DNA from: Felis catus
Taxonomy: Eukaryota
Direction of reading: 5' to 3'
DNA length: 64,000 nt
Assembly: GCF_018350175.1 (NCBI RefSeq)
Contig: NC_058383.1
Span: 13,580,001-13,644,000, forward strand
The notes beneath the pieces are model-generated. The model was not told the origin of the DNA. It made no database searches and saw only the letters and a list, made by a program, of their open reading frames with translations. The position numbers were made by a program, and so were the translations under genes. Shown here piece after piece: positions 1 to 10,320 of this stretch (its first letter is position 1; every line of letters starts with the position of its first letter).

Positions 1-784
1 AGCCACAGCGAGGTTGAATAACTTAAGTAAGCACTACCGTTAAGTGTCAGAACCCATGTCCGAACACAGATTGGGAGCTGGGCAGCGAAGTCCTAGGCTA
101 GACATGCTGTACTACAGAGATGCTTACCCAAGTCAAGCCTCTGAACAGAGAAATCTTTTGGTCTGAAAAACAGTGAGATCACTCTATTGACCTCTGGAGA
201 CCAGAGCCCATCAGGACCTCCAGGACTCTGTCATATGGGTGACATTTTGTGTGTCTGTGTGTCTGTGTCCTTTTCTCCTCTAAACTAAGTAAGAAAATGA
301 TCATTAAATAGAAAAAGCATTTACCAAAAATTTAATATGAAAACAAAAATACTCAAAGTCTTTATCACTCAGACATAGACACTATTAACATTCGGTGCAT
401 CTTTTTTCCCTTTCTGTATATGTGCTTAGCAATTTCAAAGTCATGTTGTATATGTCAGTAAATGGGTCTTGCTTCTTTAATTGTAGTAGTTACAATAAAA
501 GTAGCACTTCCGTGGATTATTTCCTTCCATCTGGAGAGGTGACTACTATTATCCCTATTTCATTGATCAGAAGGAGACATTGAACCTGAAAGAGGATATG
601 TAATTCACCCAAGAGGACTTTAAGGATTTTATTTTAACTTCCCTATGACCAAGATCGGTTTTCCATTTGAACGACATTCCTTAGGAACCTTATTTTTATG
701 GGTGAGCATGATGCTGACGCACAGATCTGGTCCCCAGTTTGGGGATATTTAGGTTCATGGAGCCTGTTTTGGACTGTATTGGAC

Positions 785-910
785 AGAGATTTAGAAATAC
801 CTTGGTTCAAATGCCTGGAGCTTCTTACAAGTATGTGACTCTTGGCAACTTACTTAATTCTTCAATTCTCACCTTCTCACTGTAAAATTGGAATTCTAAA
901 ACCTACACAG
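785..910 (+). mobile_element. MIR
   Basis: tggttcaaat...tgtgactcttggcaacttacttaa...ctgtaaaattggaat (MIR core). Confidence 0.7.
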
Positions 911-1009
911 TCGGGTGTGGGGAGGGTGGGGAGGTGTTACAGTGTTAAAGAAGGCAATGTATATCAAGTGTATCATAGCATATTTCCTTGCTTTTCCTAT
1001 GTGCTGACA

Positions 1010-1390
1010 TTGGCCATATAAGGTACTTCTGGGTTGTTTCTTAACTGCATGACAAAATTTGTAAACAAATTTCTATAGACATTTTTGCTCCGTTTTGGAT
1101 AAATATATGGCAGAGAAGAGCTGAGCTAACTAGTACGAAAAACGTTGAGGTTCTTGATGCATATCACAGAATCATCTTCCCGGTAGGAAAGAGACGTTGC
1201 TCCAGAAGTGGACGAGTGTCCGCCTCACCACAACCACGCCAACATCGCGTATCGGCATTTACATTTTTTTTCAACAGTGATAGATTAGAAAAAGAAGTAC
1301 CTTTTTTAATCTGCATTTCTTTGATGATTACTGAAGTTGAGCACTTTTTTTCATGTTTATTAGCCATTTCTACTTCCTCTCCCATGAACT
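1010..1390 (-). mobile_element. Old L1 fragment (ORF2 C-terminal region)
   Basis: ORF 1164-1385(-) reads MANKHEKKCSTSVIIKEMQIK...TRCWRGCGE, matching the L1 ORF2 motif MANKHMKRCSTSLIIREMQIK...RCWRGCGE. Confidence 0.85.
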
Positions 1391-2149
1391 GACCTCTCTG
1401 CTTTTGGAAGGAAGAATGAGTCTCCGAGGGCTAGCTAGAGAAAGAGATGCTCCGGTGATCATTCCCGCAGAGCCCTGGGGCCAAGAGTTGCAGGGGAGAG
1501 AATTAAGAGCCTCCCGGGACTGCCAAGTGACTGTGGAACAGCCTCGTTCCTAAACCTGAGTGAGCGTTCTACACAGTCAACCTGCAATCAACATTGGCTC
1601 GCTACCTTTTTATTTCCTCTGTTAAGAAATAGTTTGGATTTTTGAGAGGGGCTCTTCGCATTCCACTCAAGCCAGTGCTTATAATTCTTTTCTGGGTAGA
1701 CGACCAGCATGCCTGTTCAGTTTGGGTTTTTTTGCTCGGAGAGTCCCATTGGCTCACAGCGCATCGCTGTAGATCTTGCCTGAGTCTTTTACGATTGCTG
1801 CCATCCAGCCAGGGGCTGTGACTGCTCTGTAACCTTCTTAGATTTAAATCTGTTGCTCGCGTTCTCCTCATAGTGTTACAGAGCAGCAGAGCCCATCCAT
1901 ACTGATGTCTTAATATCATTCTCTCCTCCTTGGATTTATAGAGTAAAATAAACCCGCTGCCATAGAAATGCTTATTGATTACTGAAGTACATAATAAAGT
2001 GTAAGAATAAAGTAAGACCCAGTAATCGGTCCTATTCCTGGGGGATGACAGTAAACCCTGGCCATGGCAGCCTCTACGGGCTGCTTTCTGCTCTGGAGTT
2101 AGGAGGCTCCCTTTTAATTAGGAGTCCAAATAGTAAGCCGTGAACGATA

Positions 2150-2478
2150 GAAACCAGGCAGAAAGAGCACATACTGTATGATTCCATTTATATAAAACTC
2201 TAGAAAATATACAAACTAATCTGTAGTGACAGAAAGCAGATCAGTTGGGGGGGAGAGCGGTATGGGCAGAGAAGGGAGAGCAGGATTAACAAAGGAGCAC
2301 GAGGAGACTTCTGAGGGCTGTGGATGTGTTCGCTGTCTTGATTGCGGTGATGGTTTCATGGGTGTGTACATGTGTACGAATGTATCCTATAGTACCTTTT
2401 AAATATGGCTAGTTTATTCCTGTACGTTAGAGCTCAATAAAGCCATTAAAGCCACTTTTAAAAAAATAAAATAAAAGG
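2150..2478 (+). mobile_element. Old L1M 3' end
   Basis: catactgtatgattccatttatataaaactctagaaaa...gtgacagaaagcagatcag...gattgcggtgatggtttcatgggtgt...ctcaataaag plus A-rich tail. Confidence 0.85.
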
Positions 2479-3915
2479 AAACGGCATAAAGGGACAACCC
2501 CTGGGTCATTTTGTGCTAGAAACAAAATGTTCTCTTTTCTTAGGAAACTATATTTTAAGGAATATTTATGAGGACTTGTAAGACTCCATTTCCCCTTCAC
2601 ATTTGGACCGATGGGGATTTCAGGAGACTGAATGGTACCATCAAAAAATAAAATAAAAAGGCATTGGTAGGGCAAGAGAGCCCTCTTCTTTCTCAGTTCC
2701 CTTTTCCTTTCTGACATCTGCACCTTAAAGGTGGCTTTTTATGTAATTTTTTGGTAGAAACAAAAGAAGATGAGGCCTTTGGAAAATAACATTAGTTTCC
2801 TTCTCGCCCTACTCTTTCTGCCATTATATTTCCCCCGCCCAGAGGAGAGGGCCTACAAAGAAGAAATAAAAACTACTCCAAAATGTTGGCAGTCTGAAAG
2901 GGGTCAGGGGTTTTCAGCACCAAGAGATGTTTGTTTTTCTTGCATTTTAACTCTTCATTTTTGACACAGTGGGAAACTCCAGCATGGCTGCCATTTAAAA
3001 TGTAACAATGGCGTGGTGCCCTGATTGCCTCTGTCACAAGGGCATCGTGACGGAAGGCCAGGAGACAAAGCAAATGAGGCCAAAGACAGTGCCTGCTGCT
3101 GAGGTGCTGGTCCATTTCTCTGCTTTTGAATGTTTCTTTTCTCTGGCCTCATGAGGAGTCACTCAGGGAGACTGAAGCTGGAATTTGTACAACCTCTCTT
3201 CAGTCCCCTTGATTTTAATCAGAAATACACAATTATTCTTTTCCTCCAAATAGAGAAACTCAATCCCCATTTTAAATTCAATTATTGTAATTGCAGCATT
3301 CAGAAAAATAGCACATTCATCTTCTAATAAGAGATTGCGGGTACCAAATTACTGCATATAGTATGTCAAAACAGGAAACTTGAGACTGGCAGACCAGTGG
3401 GTGTTTTTATCTTGGCGATTTGTATTTTCTTGCAGACAATTTATAGTAATCCTACCCTTCCTTGTTTATGATTTGTAAGACTAGGTTTTCAAGTCATCCT
3501 AAAGTAAAGACTGTTTTTAGGTACAATTTAATTTAAAATGCCCATTACGAACATGATGGATTCTAAGAGGGGCGAAAGTGATAGGAAAAGAAAGCGAAAT
3601 CAGTTTTTGGATCCTGTAGAATGACGGCCCACCATGTCTTTGGATCTTCCTGAACCTTACACCCTCTGACATTTGTAAATCACTTTGTCTCCAGCCATAT
3701 TTCTAACCCATTAGCTACGCTTTTCACTGTCTTGCATTTTAAACAAACAGAACACAAAGTCTGATGGCTGGGAAGTTGACAATGTGGCCATTATGTCTGT
3801 CAGCATGAGAGCACCGCTCTCCCTTTTCCTGTTCAATTCCAGTTGCTTCACTTGGCTTGAAGTGAGTCAAATGTAAAAGGAAATACCTTAGGATTTAGAT
3901 TTTCCTGATTTTCTT

Positions 3916-4156
3916 TTTTTTTTTTTTATTTTAAAAAGAAAAATTTTTAAGTGTTTATTTATTTTTGAGAAAGAGAGAAAGATTCAGAGCACAAGCAGGG
4001 GAGGGGCAGAGAGAGAGGGAGACTTAGAATCTGAAGCACGCTCCAGGCTCTGAGCTGTCAGCACAGAGCGTGATGCGGGGCTCGAACCCACGAACCTGGA
4101 GATCGTGACCTGAGCCAAAGTTGGACGCTTAACTGACTGAGCCACCCAGGTGCCCC
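3916..4156 (-). mobile_element. Can-SINE (SINEC_Fc type)
   Basis: tRNA-derived head, CT tract and A tail on minus strand; perfect 18-bp TSD gattttcctgattttctt at 3898-3915 and 4157-4174. Confidence 0.95.
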
Positions 4157-4334
4157 GATTTTCCTGATTTTCTTAAAGGAATAACCTTAAAATTGGATTT
4201 CTTCAACTGTGTACTGTTATTTTCTTCAGATTTTCTTTTACCTTGAAATTATTTCCATGTCTTTCTTGTACACACACTCAGACACCCACGCTTCCAAACA
4301 CCTTAGTGTTCTTTCCATCACCCCTGTATATTTC

Positions 4335-4559
4335 TTTTTTTTTATGTTTATTTATTTTTGAAAGAGAAACAGAGACAAGTGGGGGAAGGGCAGAGAGAGA
4401 AAGAGAGAGAGAGAGAGAGAGGGAAGCACAGAATCTGAAGCAGGCTCCAGGCTCTGAGCTGTCAACACAGAGCCCGACGCGGGGCTCAAACCCACAAACT
4501 GTGAGATCATGACCTGAGTCAAAGTCGGAGGCTTAACCCACTGAGCCACCCAGGCGACC
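4335..4559 (-). mobile_element. Can-SINE (SINEC_Fc type)
   Basis: ...gagatcatgacctgagtcaaagtcggaggcttaacccactgagccacccaggcg; GA tract; T-rich tail. Confidence 0.93.
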
Positions 4560-5419
4560 TCCATCCCCATTTATTTCTTGACTCCTCAATTAAACAGTTC
4601 CCATGACACCTTCTTTCAGATTGTTTGCTAACATAATTTATGAATTCATTCTTTCACATATGTTCCTTGAGCGCCTTTTACGTGTCAGATTTAGGAAGAA
4701 CAGAATATAAGCAAACTCTGACCACAGTGTTGAAGATGCTGGAAATCAGCAGTGGACCTCTGGCCAGTGAAGTCAGAGGAAGCTTCCATATCCATATATA
4801 TGGGAGAGAGAACAGGCATTTCCGAGCGGAGTAGTAGTCCGTTGGACTGTTTGCTGGGTGTGACTCCTCTAAGTGCCAGGCATTTTAGTCATATTCTCTC
4901 AACTACGCCCTGTGTATACAGTTATCGGCGTTAATGCTCTAAGAAGTTTTATCTCTTCCCAAGGTTACTCTCTTGGTTGGTTTTATTAGATCAGTCCTTA
5001 GGTAGGCCTTGCATATATGTAAATTCTGTGCAAAGGGCTATTCAAGTAGCTCCTAATCCTGATTGGTCAGAATCTCTAGACAGATTCCAAAATGGCTGGC
5101 TTCCAAGTTGTACCAGTCATCACCTGTTATTTTCAATATCCATCCTATCTGTCTATTTATTTATTTGGCCAGTTTGAATTTGAATGAACATCTCACTAAT
5201 GACGAAGCCCCTAAGGCGTTACAGCACTCTGCATAACCTACAGGTGTAGACTCCCAGCTCTTAAATCTATGCATTTTACTTTAGTCCCTATACACAGGTT
5301 ACTGGCTCCTATTCCTGGAATAAATCCAGACCATATCCACCCAAAAGAATGTGCATTGGGAACCTAAAGGAACACTTAGAAAATTGAATCCTAAAGCGTA
5401 TTTCCTTGTTGGTAAAAAT

Positions 5420-7899
5420 GAACCATACTTCATTTTATTGTACTTCACCTTATTGTGTTTCACAGATACGGTGTTTTACACATATTGAAGGTTTGCGGCA
5501 ACCCTAAATGGAGCACGTCTTTCGGTGCCATTTTTCCAGTGCCATTTGCTCACTTCATTTATCTGTCATATTTTGGTTTTTCTCACAGCATTTCAAACAT
5601 TTTCTTTATTTTTATATTTGGGCTTTTTTCTAAGTTCATTTATTTAGGTAATCTCCACACCCAGCTTGGGGCTTGAACTCACGACCCTGAAATCAAGAGT
5701 TGCACACTCTTCTGACCAAGCCAGCTAGGTGCTCCCATTAGTATTACATTTGTAATGGCGATCTGTAGTCAGTGATCTTTGGTGTCACTATTGTGATTGT
5801 TTTGGGGTGCCACAAACAATCTATCAGACGGCAAACTTAATAGATGAAGGTTGTGTGTGTTCTGACTCCTCCACTAACTGGCCTTTCCCCCATCTCTCTC
5901 CCTCTCCTTGGGCCTTCCTACTCTCTGAGACACAGTGATTTTGAAATTAGGCCAATTAATATCCCTACAGTGGCCTCTAAATGTTTCCGGAAGAGTTATA
6001 AATCTCTCACTTTAAATAAAGAGCTACAGATGATTAAGCTTCGGGAAAACGCATGTCTAAAGCCAAGATAGGCCAAAACCCTTGCACTAAACAGTTAGCC
6101 AGGTTGTAAACGCAAAGGAAAAGTTCTTGAAGGAAGTTGAAAGTGCTCTTCTAAGGAACACATGAATGATAGCTGACATAGAGAAAGTTTGAATGGTCTG
6201 GAGAGAAGATCAAACCAACCACAACATCTCCTTAAGACAGAGCCCAATCTAGAGCAAGCTCCTAGCTCTCTTCAATTCTGCGAAGGCTGGGAGAGGTAAG
6301 GAAACTGCAGAAGAAAAGTTTAAAGCTAGCAGAGGTCAGTCACGAGGTTTAAGGAGAGGCTGGCTCCATAACATAAACCTTCAAGGTGCAGCAGCAAATG
6401 CTGAGTCACAAGCAGCGGCAAATTATCCAGAACATCTAGCTGAGATCATTAATGAAGGTGGCTACACCAAATGATAGACTTTGAACGTAGATGGAGCAGC
6501 CCTCTAAGATGCCATTGAGGAATTGAGTAGCTAGACAGGAGATGTCAGTGCCTGACGTCAAAGCTTCAAAGGACAGGCCAACTCTCTGGTTAGTGGCTAA
6601 CACAGCTGGTGACTTTATGTTGAAGCCAGTATTCATTTACCATTACAAAAATCTTAGGACCCTTAAGAATTTTGCTGAGTCTACTCTGCCCGTGCTCTAT
6701 AAATGGAACAACAAAGGATAGATGACAGCACATCGGTTTACAGATGGTTTACTGAATATTTTAAGCCCACTGTTGAGACCTACTGCTCAGAAAATCAGAT
6801 TCCCTTCAAAATATGACTGCTCATTGACAATGCACCTGGTCACGCAAGAGCTCTGATGGAGATGTACAATGAGATTAATGTTATTTCCATGCCTGCTAAC
6901 ACAGCATCCATTCTACAGCCTATGAATCAAGGAGCCATTTCGACTTTCAAGTCCTACTATTTAAGCAATACATTCTGTAAGGCTGTAGCTGCCCTAGGTA
7001 GTGTTTTCTCTGTTGGATCTGGGCAAAGTAAATTGAAACCTCTCTGGATAGGATTCACCATTCTCCGTGGCAATAAAGATATTCGTGATTTATAGGAAGA
7101 AGCCAAAATATCAACCCTAATGGGAGTTTGGAAGAAGTTGATCCAACCCTCGTGGATGGCGTTGAGGGGTTCAAGACTTCGGGAGGAAGTAGCTGCACGT
7201 GTGGTGGGAACAGCGGGCGAACTGGGATCAGAAGTGGGGCCCGCAAATGGGACTTCACGCTGCAGCCTCGTGATCAGACTTGAATGGAAGAGGAGTCGCT
7301 CCTTCCAGATGAGCAAAGAAAGTGGTGTCTTGAGATGGGATCTACCCCTGGTGAAGACTCTCTGAAGATTGTTGAAATGACCACAAAGAACGTAGAATAT
7401 CCCTCAAAAGTAATCCATTAAGCAGCAACAGGGTTTGAGAGGATTGACTCCAGTTTTAAACCAAGTTCTCCTGTGGATGAAATGCTGTCAAACAGCATCA
7501 CGTGCTACAGAGAAATCATTTGTTCGTGATAGGAAGAGTCTGTTGGTGGGGCCAACTTCATTATCGTCTTATAAGAAATGTCCACAGCCACCACCCTGAT
7601 CGATCAGCAGCCATCAACACCGAGGTGATGCCCTCCACCAGCAAGAAGATTATAAGTGACTGAAAGCTCAGACGATGGCCAACACTTTTTAGCAATAAAG
7701 TATTTATTAACTAAGGGTGTGTATGTTGGGGTTTTTTGGACATAGGGCTATTGCACATGTAATAGACTACAGGGTAGTGTAAATGTAACTTTTATATGCA
7801 CTGGGAAAGCAAAAATTTCATTTGACTCACTTTATTTCGATATTCATTTTATTGCAGTGGTGTGGAACCAAGCCTGCAATATCTCCCCAGACATGCCTG
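5420..7899 (+). mobile_element. Near full-length Tigger1-family (pogo-like TcMar) DNA transposon with dead transposase
   Basis: Follows recalled Tigger1 consensus end to end: decayed 5' end catacttcattttattg; 3' end ...atctccccagacatgcctg followed by TA. Transposase remnants NVD (about 6484), LLIDNAPGH (about 6817), MPANTASILQPMNQG (ORF 6856-7095). Many stops and frameshifts. Confidence 0.95.
5621..5735 (-). mobile_element. Short tRNA-like Can-SINE (no CT tract) nested in Tigger1
   Basis: Minus strand reads ggagcacctagctggcttggtcag...tcgtgagttcaagcccc...gagattacctaaataaa. Degenerate 17-bp TSD at 5604-5620 and 5736-5752 (13/17). Confidence 0.85.
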
Positions 7900-8093
7900 T
7901 ATTTTATCAATGAAATAAAACCATTTGCTATTCTACTTTGAGAGGGAATGATAGTTTCTGTTTGCTTGTCCGTTTGGGTTGTTGTCTCTCTTTCTGTGTA
8001 ATAGAGTAGTGAGCCTTCAAACACCTCACAAGCGTGATTTCTTGCAGAATATGATCTCCTGTCTGGCAGTAAAATTATAAAGAAATTAAATCT

Positions 8094-8231
8094 GTGGCAC
8101 CTGGGTGGTTCAGTTGGTTAAACGTCCGACTTCAGCTCAGGTTATGATCTCACGGATCGCAAGTTTGAGCCCCAGCCTGCACACATGTTCTCTCTCTCTC
8201 TCTCTCTCTGTCAAAAATAAACATAAAAAAT
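8094..8231 (+). mobile_element. Can-SINE with internal deletion
   Basis: Head gcacctgggtggttcagttggttaaacgtccgact joins almost directly to the (CT)n tract and tail; TSD agaaattaaatc at 8081-8092 and 8232-8243. Confidence 0.88.
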
Positions 8232-8830
8232 AGAAATTAAATCCAACAGTTAAACAACTATTGCCGTCTTATTTCTGTGTATGACATAGCATTTCTTTCA
8301 TGAAGTAGACAGAAAAGGTAAAACTATTATTATTTCTCTCTGGCTGCTTTCAAATGTTTGAATTCATTGAATCCTAACTAAAATTCTGTGGAGTATGTAT
8401 CATTTCCATTGACAGGGTAAAAAAACAAGAAAGGTAGGCTCGAAGATGTTTAGTGTCTTTCCCCAGACCACGTGGTTGCTGAGTTGGGGGGATCGGAATT
8501 TGAACCTGGCGCCCTTTCCTGAGCCTGGTGCTGTACTAGGCCCTCGTCTTTAGGGAGAGCTGTCTGCAGTGGGGTAGAAATGTGGCCACCTGCTGCAGTC
8601 ACTGCCACTTATGGTTATTACAGCCTCTTTCGTTCGGCCCGCCTCCACCCACAGCCCAGCCGTTGATCCGAAAGATGTTTTTCAAGTAGTGTCTTTGTAT
8701 AGAGCGTGGGAGAGCGAGCAGCACTAGGTCGTACTTGTTGGGAACATGAACTTTGGAGGACGGAACTGGGTTCAAGTACTGCCTGTGCCACCGGAAGCCT
8801 TAACTTCTCCTCTTGAAAATGGAGGGGCCA

Positions 8831-9057
8831 GGGGCGCCTGGGTGGCGCAGTCGGTTAAGCGTCCGACTTCAGCCAGGTCACGATCTCACGGTCCGTGAGT
8901 TCGAGCCCCGCGTCGGGCTCTGGGCTGATGGCTCGGAGCCTGGAGCCTGTTTCCGATTCTGTGTCTCCCTCTCTCTCTGCCCCTCCCCCGTTCATGCTCT
9001 GTCTCTCTCTGTCCCAAAAATAAATAAAAACGTTGAAAAAAAAAATTAAAAAAAAAA
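8831..9057 (+). mobile_element. Young SINEC_Fc inserted into a MIR remnant
   Basis: Near-consensus with CpGs intact; perfect 16-bp TSD gaaaatggaggggcca at 8815-8830 and 9058-9073. Confidence 0.96.
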
Positions 9058-10044
9058 GAAAATGGAGGGGCCATAACACTTCCCTCCCAGGGCCGTTGTC
9101 AGAACGTTCTCTTTTAATGACCGGTGGGCTGTAGGCTGGCTCTTCTAGGGGGAAAGGTGCTCTAAGAGAGTTCCCATGGAGAATCCCTCCCATGCAGGAG
9201 CCATGCTGCAGAGCTAAGATGTGAAATGCACTTCATCTTCAGGAAGCAGGCTTCATTCAGGAAGCCTTCCCCAAAAGAGACAGCTAAGAACTACTCTTCT
9301 CCGGCTCCCTTTGCCTGAGGTGGACGCTGTCCCTTTGGCCAGAAATTGAATCGTGTAGGTGCCACTTAGCATGGGAAGCAGTGCCTCACATTCAGTGCCT
9401 CACAACCTTGGGGGCCGGAAGGAAGAATGGTTTGCAGCACTTTCATCACCTGGGGAAAAAGAACTCAGAGGCACAGGCACTTTAAGAAAGATGCTTTTAC
9501 TTTGAGTGTTGGAGAAAATAGAACAATTACCTATTGAAAGCGAAGTGGATGAAAAAACATCTCTGTTCGTACTACCCTGATCATTTAATCTATTCAGATC
9601 CATTGTGCCTTCCTGAAGGTGGTTCAGGCCAGACTGTCTGTTCCTTCCCCACGCTAGGGCACCCGGCGATCCCAACTCGAGACGGATTTTCTACGCCACG
9701 AGGAGATTCCTCTAAGGGTTTGTGCTCTATGTGCAGTATCGGATCTGTACAATAAATAAAAGGAGGGAGGGAGGGGGATCCACAAATCATCAAATCAGTA
9801 TTAGCATCTTTTAGGGTCCTTAAGACTGCACTAGGCCCTGTGATGATTCCAGGGACAACCAGAGTGCTCTGAGGAGCTCACTCTCTGACAGGGGAGCAAG
9901 ACTTCTATACATAAAATCAATGAAGGATTGTGTTCTGTTGAAACTACAGCCAGGTAGGTTTCCAGCACCTGGCACACATACTCTTGAGGAAAAAAAAAAA
10001 ATACTCAGTCTTTGTTGAAGAATGAATGCATGCATGATTTTTGA

Positions 10045-10320
10045 CATCTGTTGAGTGCTTTCCATGGATCAGGCACTGTTCTATGCCTTTTAATGATATA
10101 TATATATAGAGAGATACATATACATGTATATAGACATATATATATATAATATTTCATTAGTGTATATTTATGAAGGTAAATGCTCTTAACCGTGGGAGTT
10201 AGTACTGCCAATAGCCCCATTTGATAGAAAATGAAACTGAGGCACAGAAAGGTTAAGTTACTTGCCTAAGGTCCTACAGAGTGTAAGTGGTAGAGCCAAG
10301 ACTTGAATCCACGCAAACTG
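10045..10320 (-). mobile_element. MIR interrupted by a (TA)n-rich microsatellite at 10096-10148
   Basis: atgaaactgaggcacagaaaggttaagttacttgcctaaggtc...agtggtagagccaagacttgaatcc. Confidence 0.85.

Noticed and set aside
5621..5735. tRNA gene
   Set aside because: tRNA-derived SINE head with A-rich tail and TSD; no intact cloverleaf evident.
6856..7365. Transposase-like ORFs as a TIGD1 gene
   Set aside because: Fragmented frame, lost start codon, catalytic D-to-N change and retained terminal sequences indicate a transposon fossil.
8813..9193. Recurrent peptides such as FIYFWDRERQSMNGGGAEREGDTESE and VRLQPGHDL in several ORFs
   Set aside because: These are translations of SINEC_Fc copies (also at 27.7, 54.3 and 63.6 kb), not a gene family.
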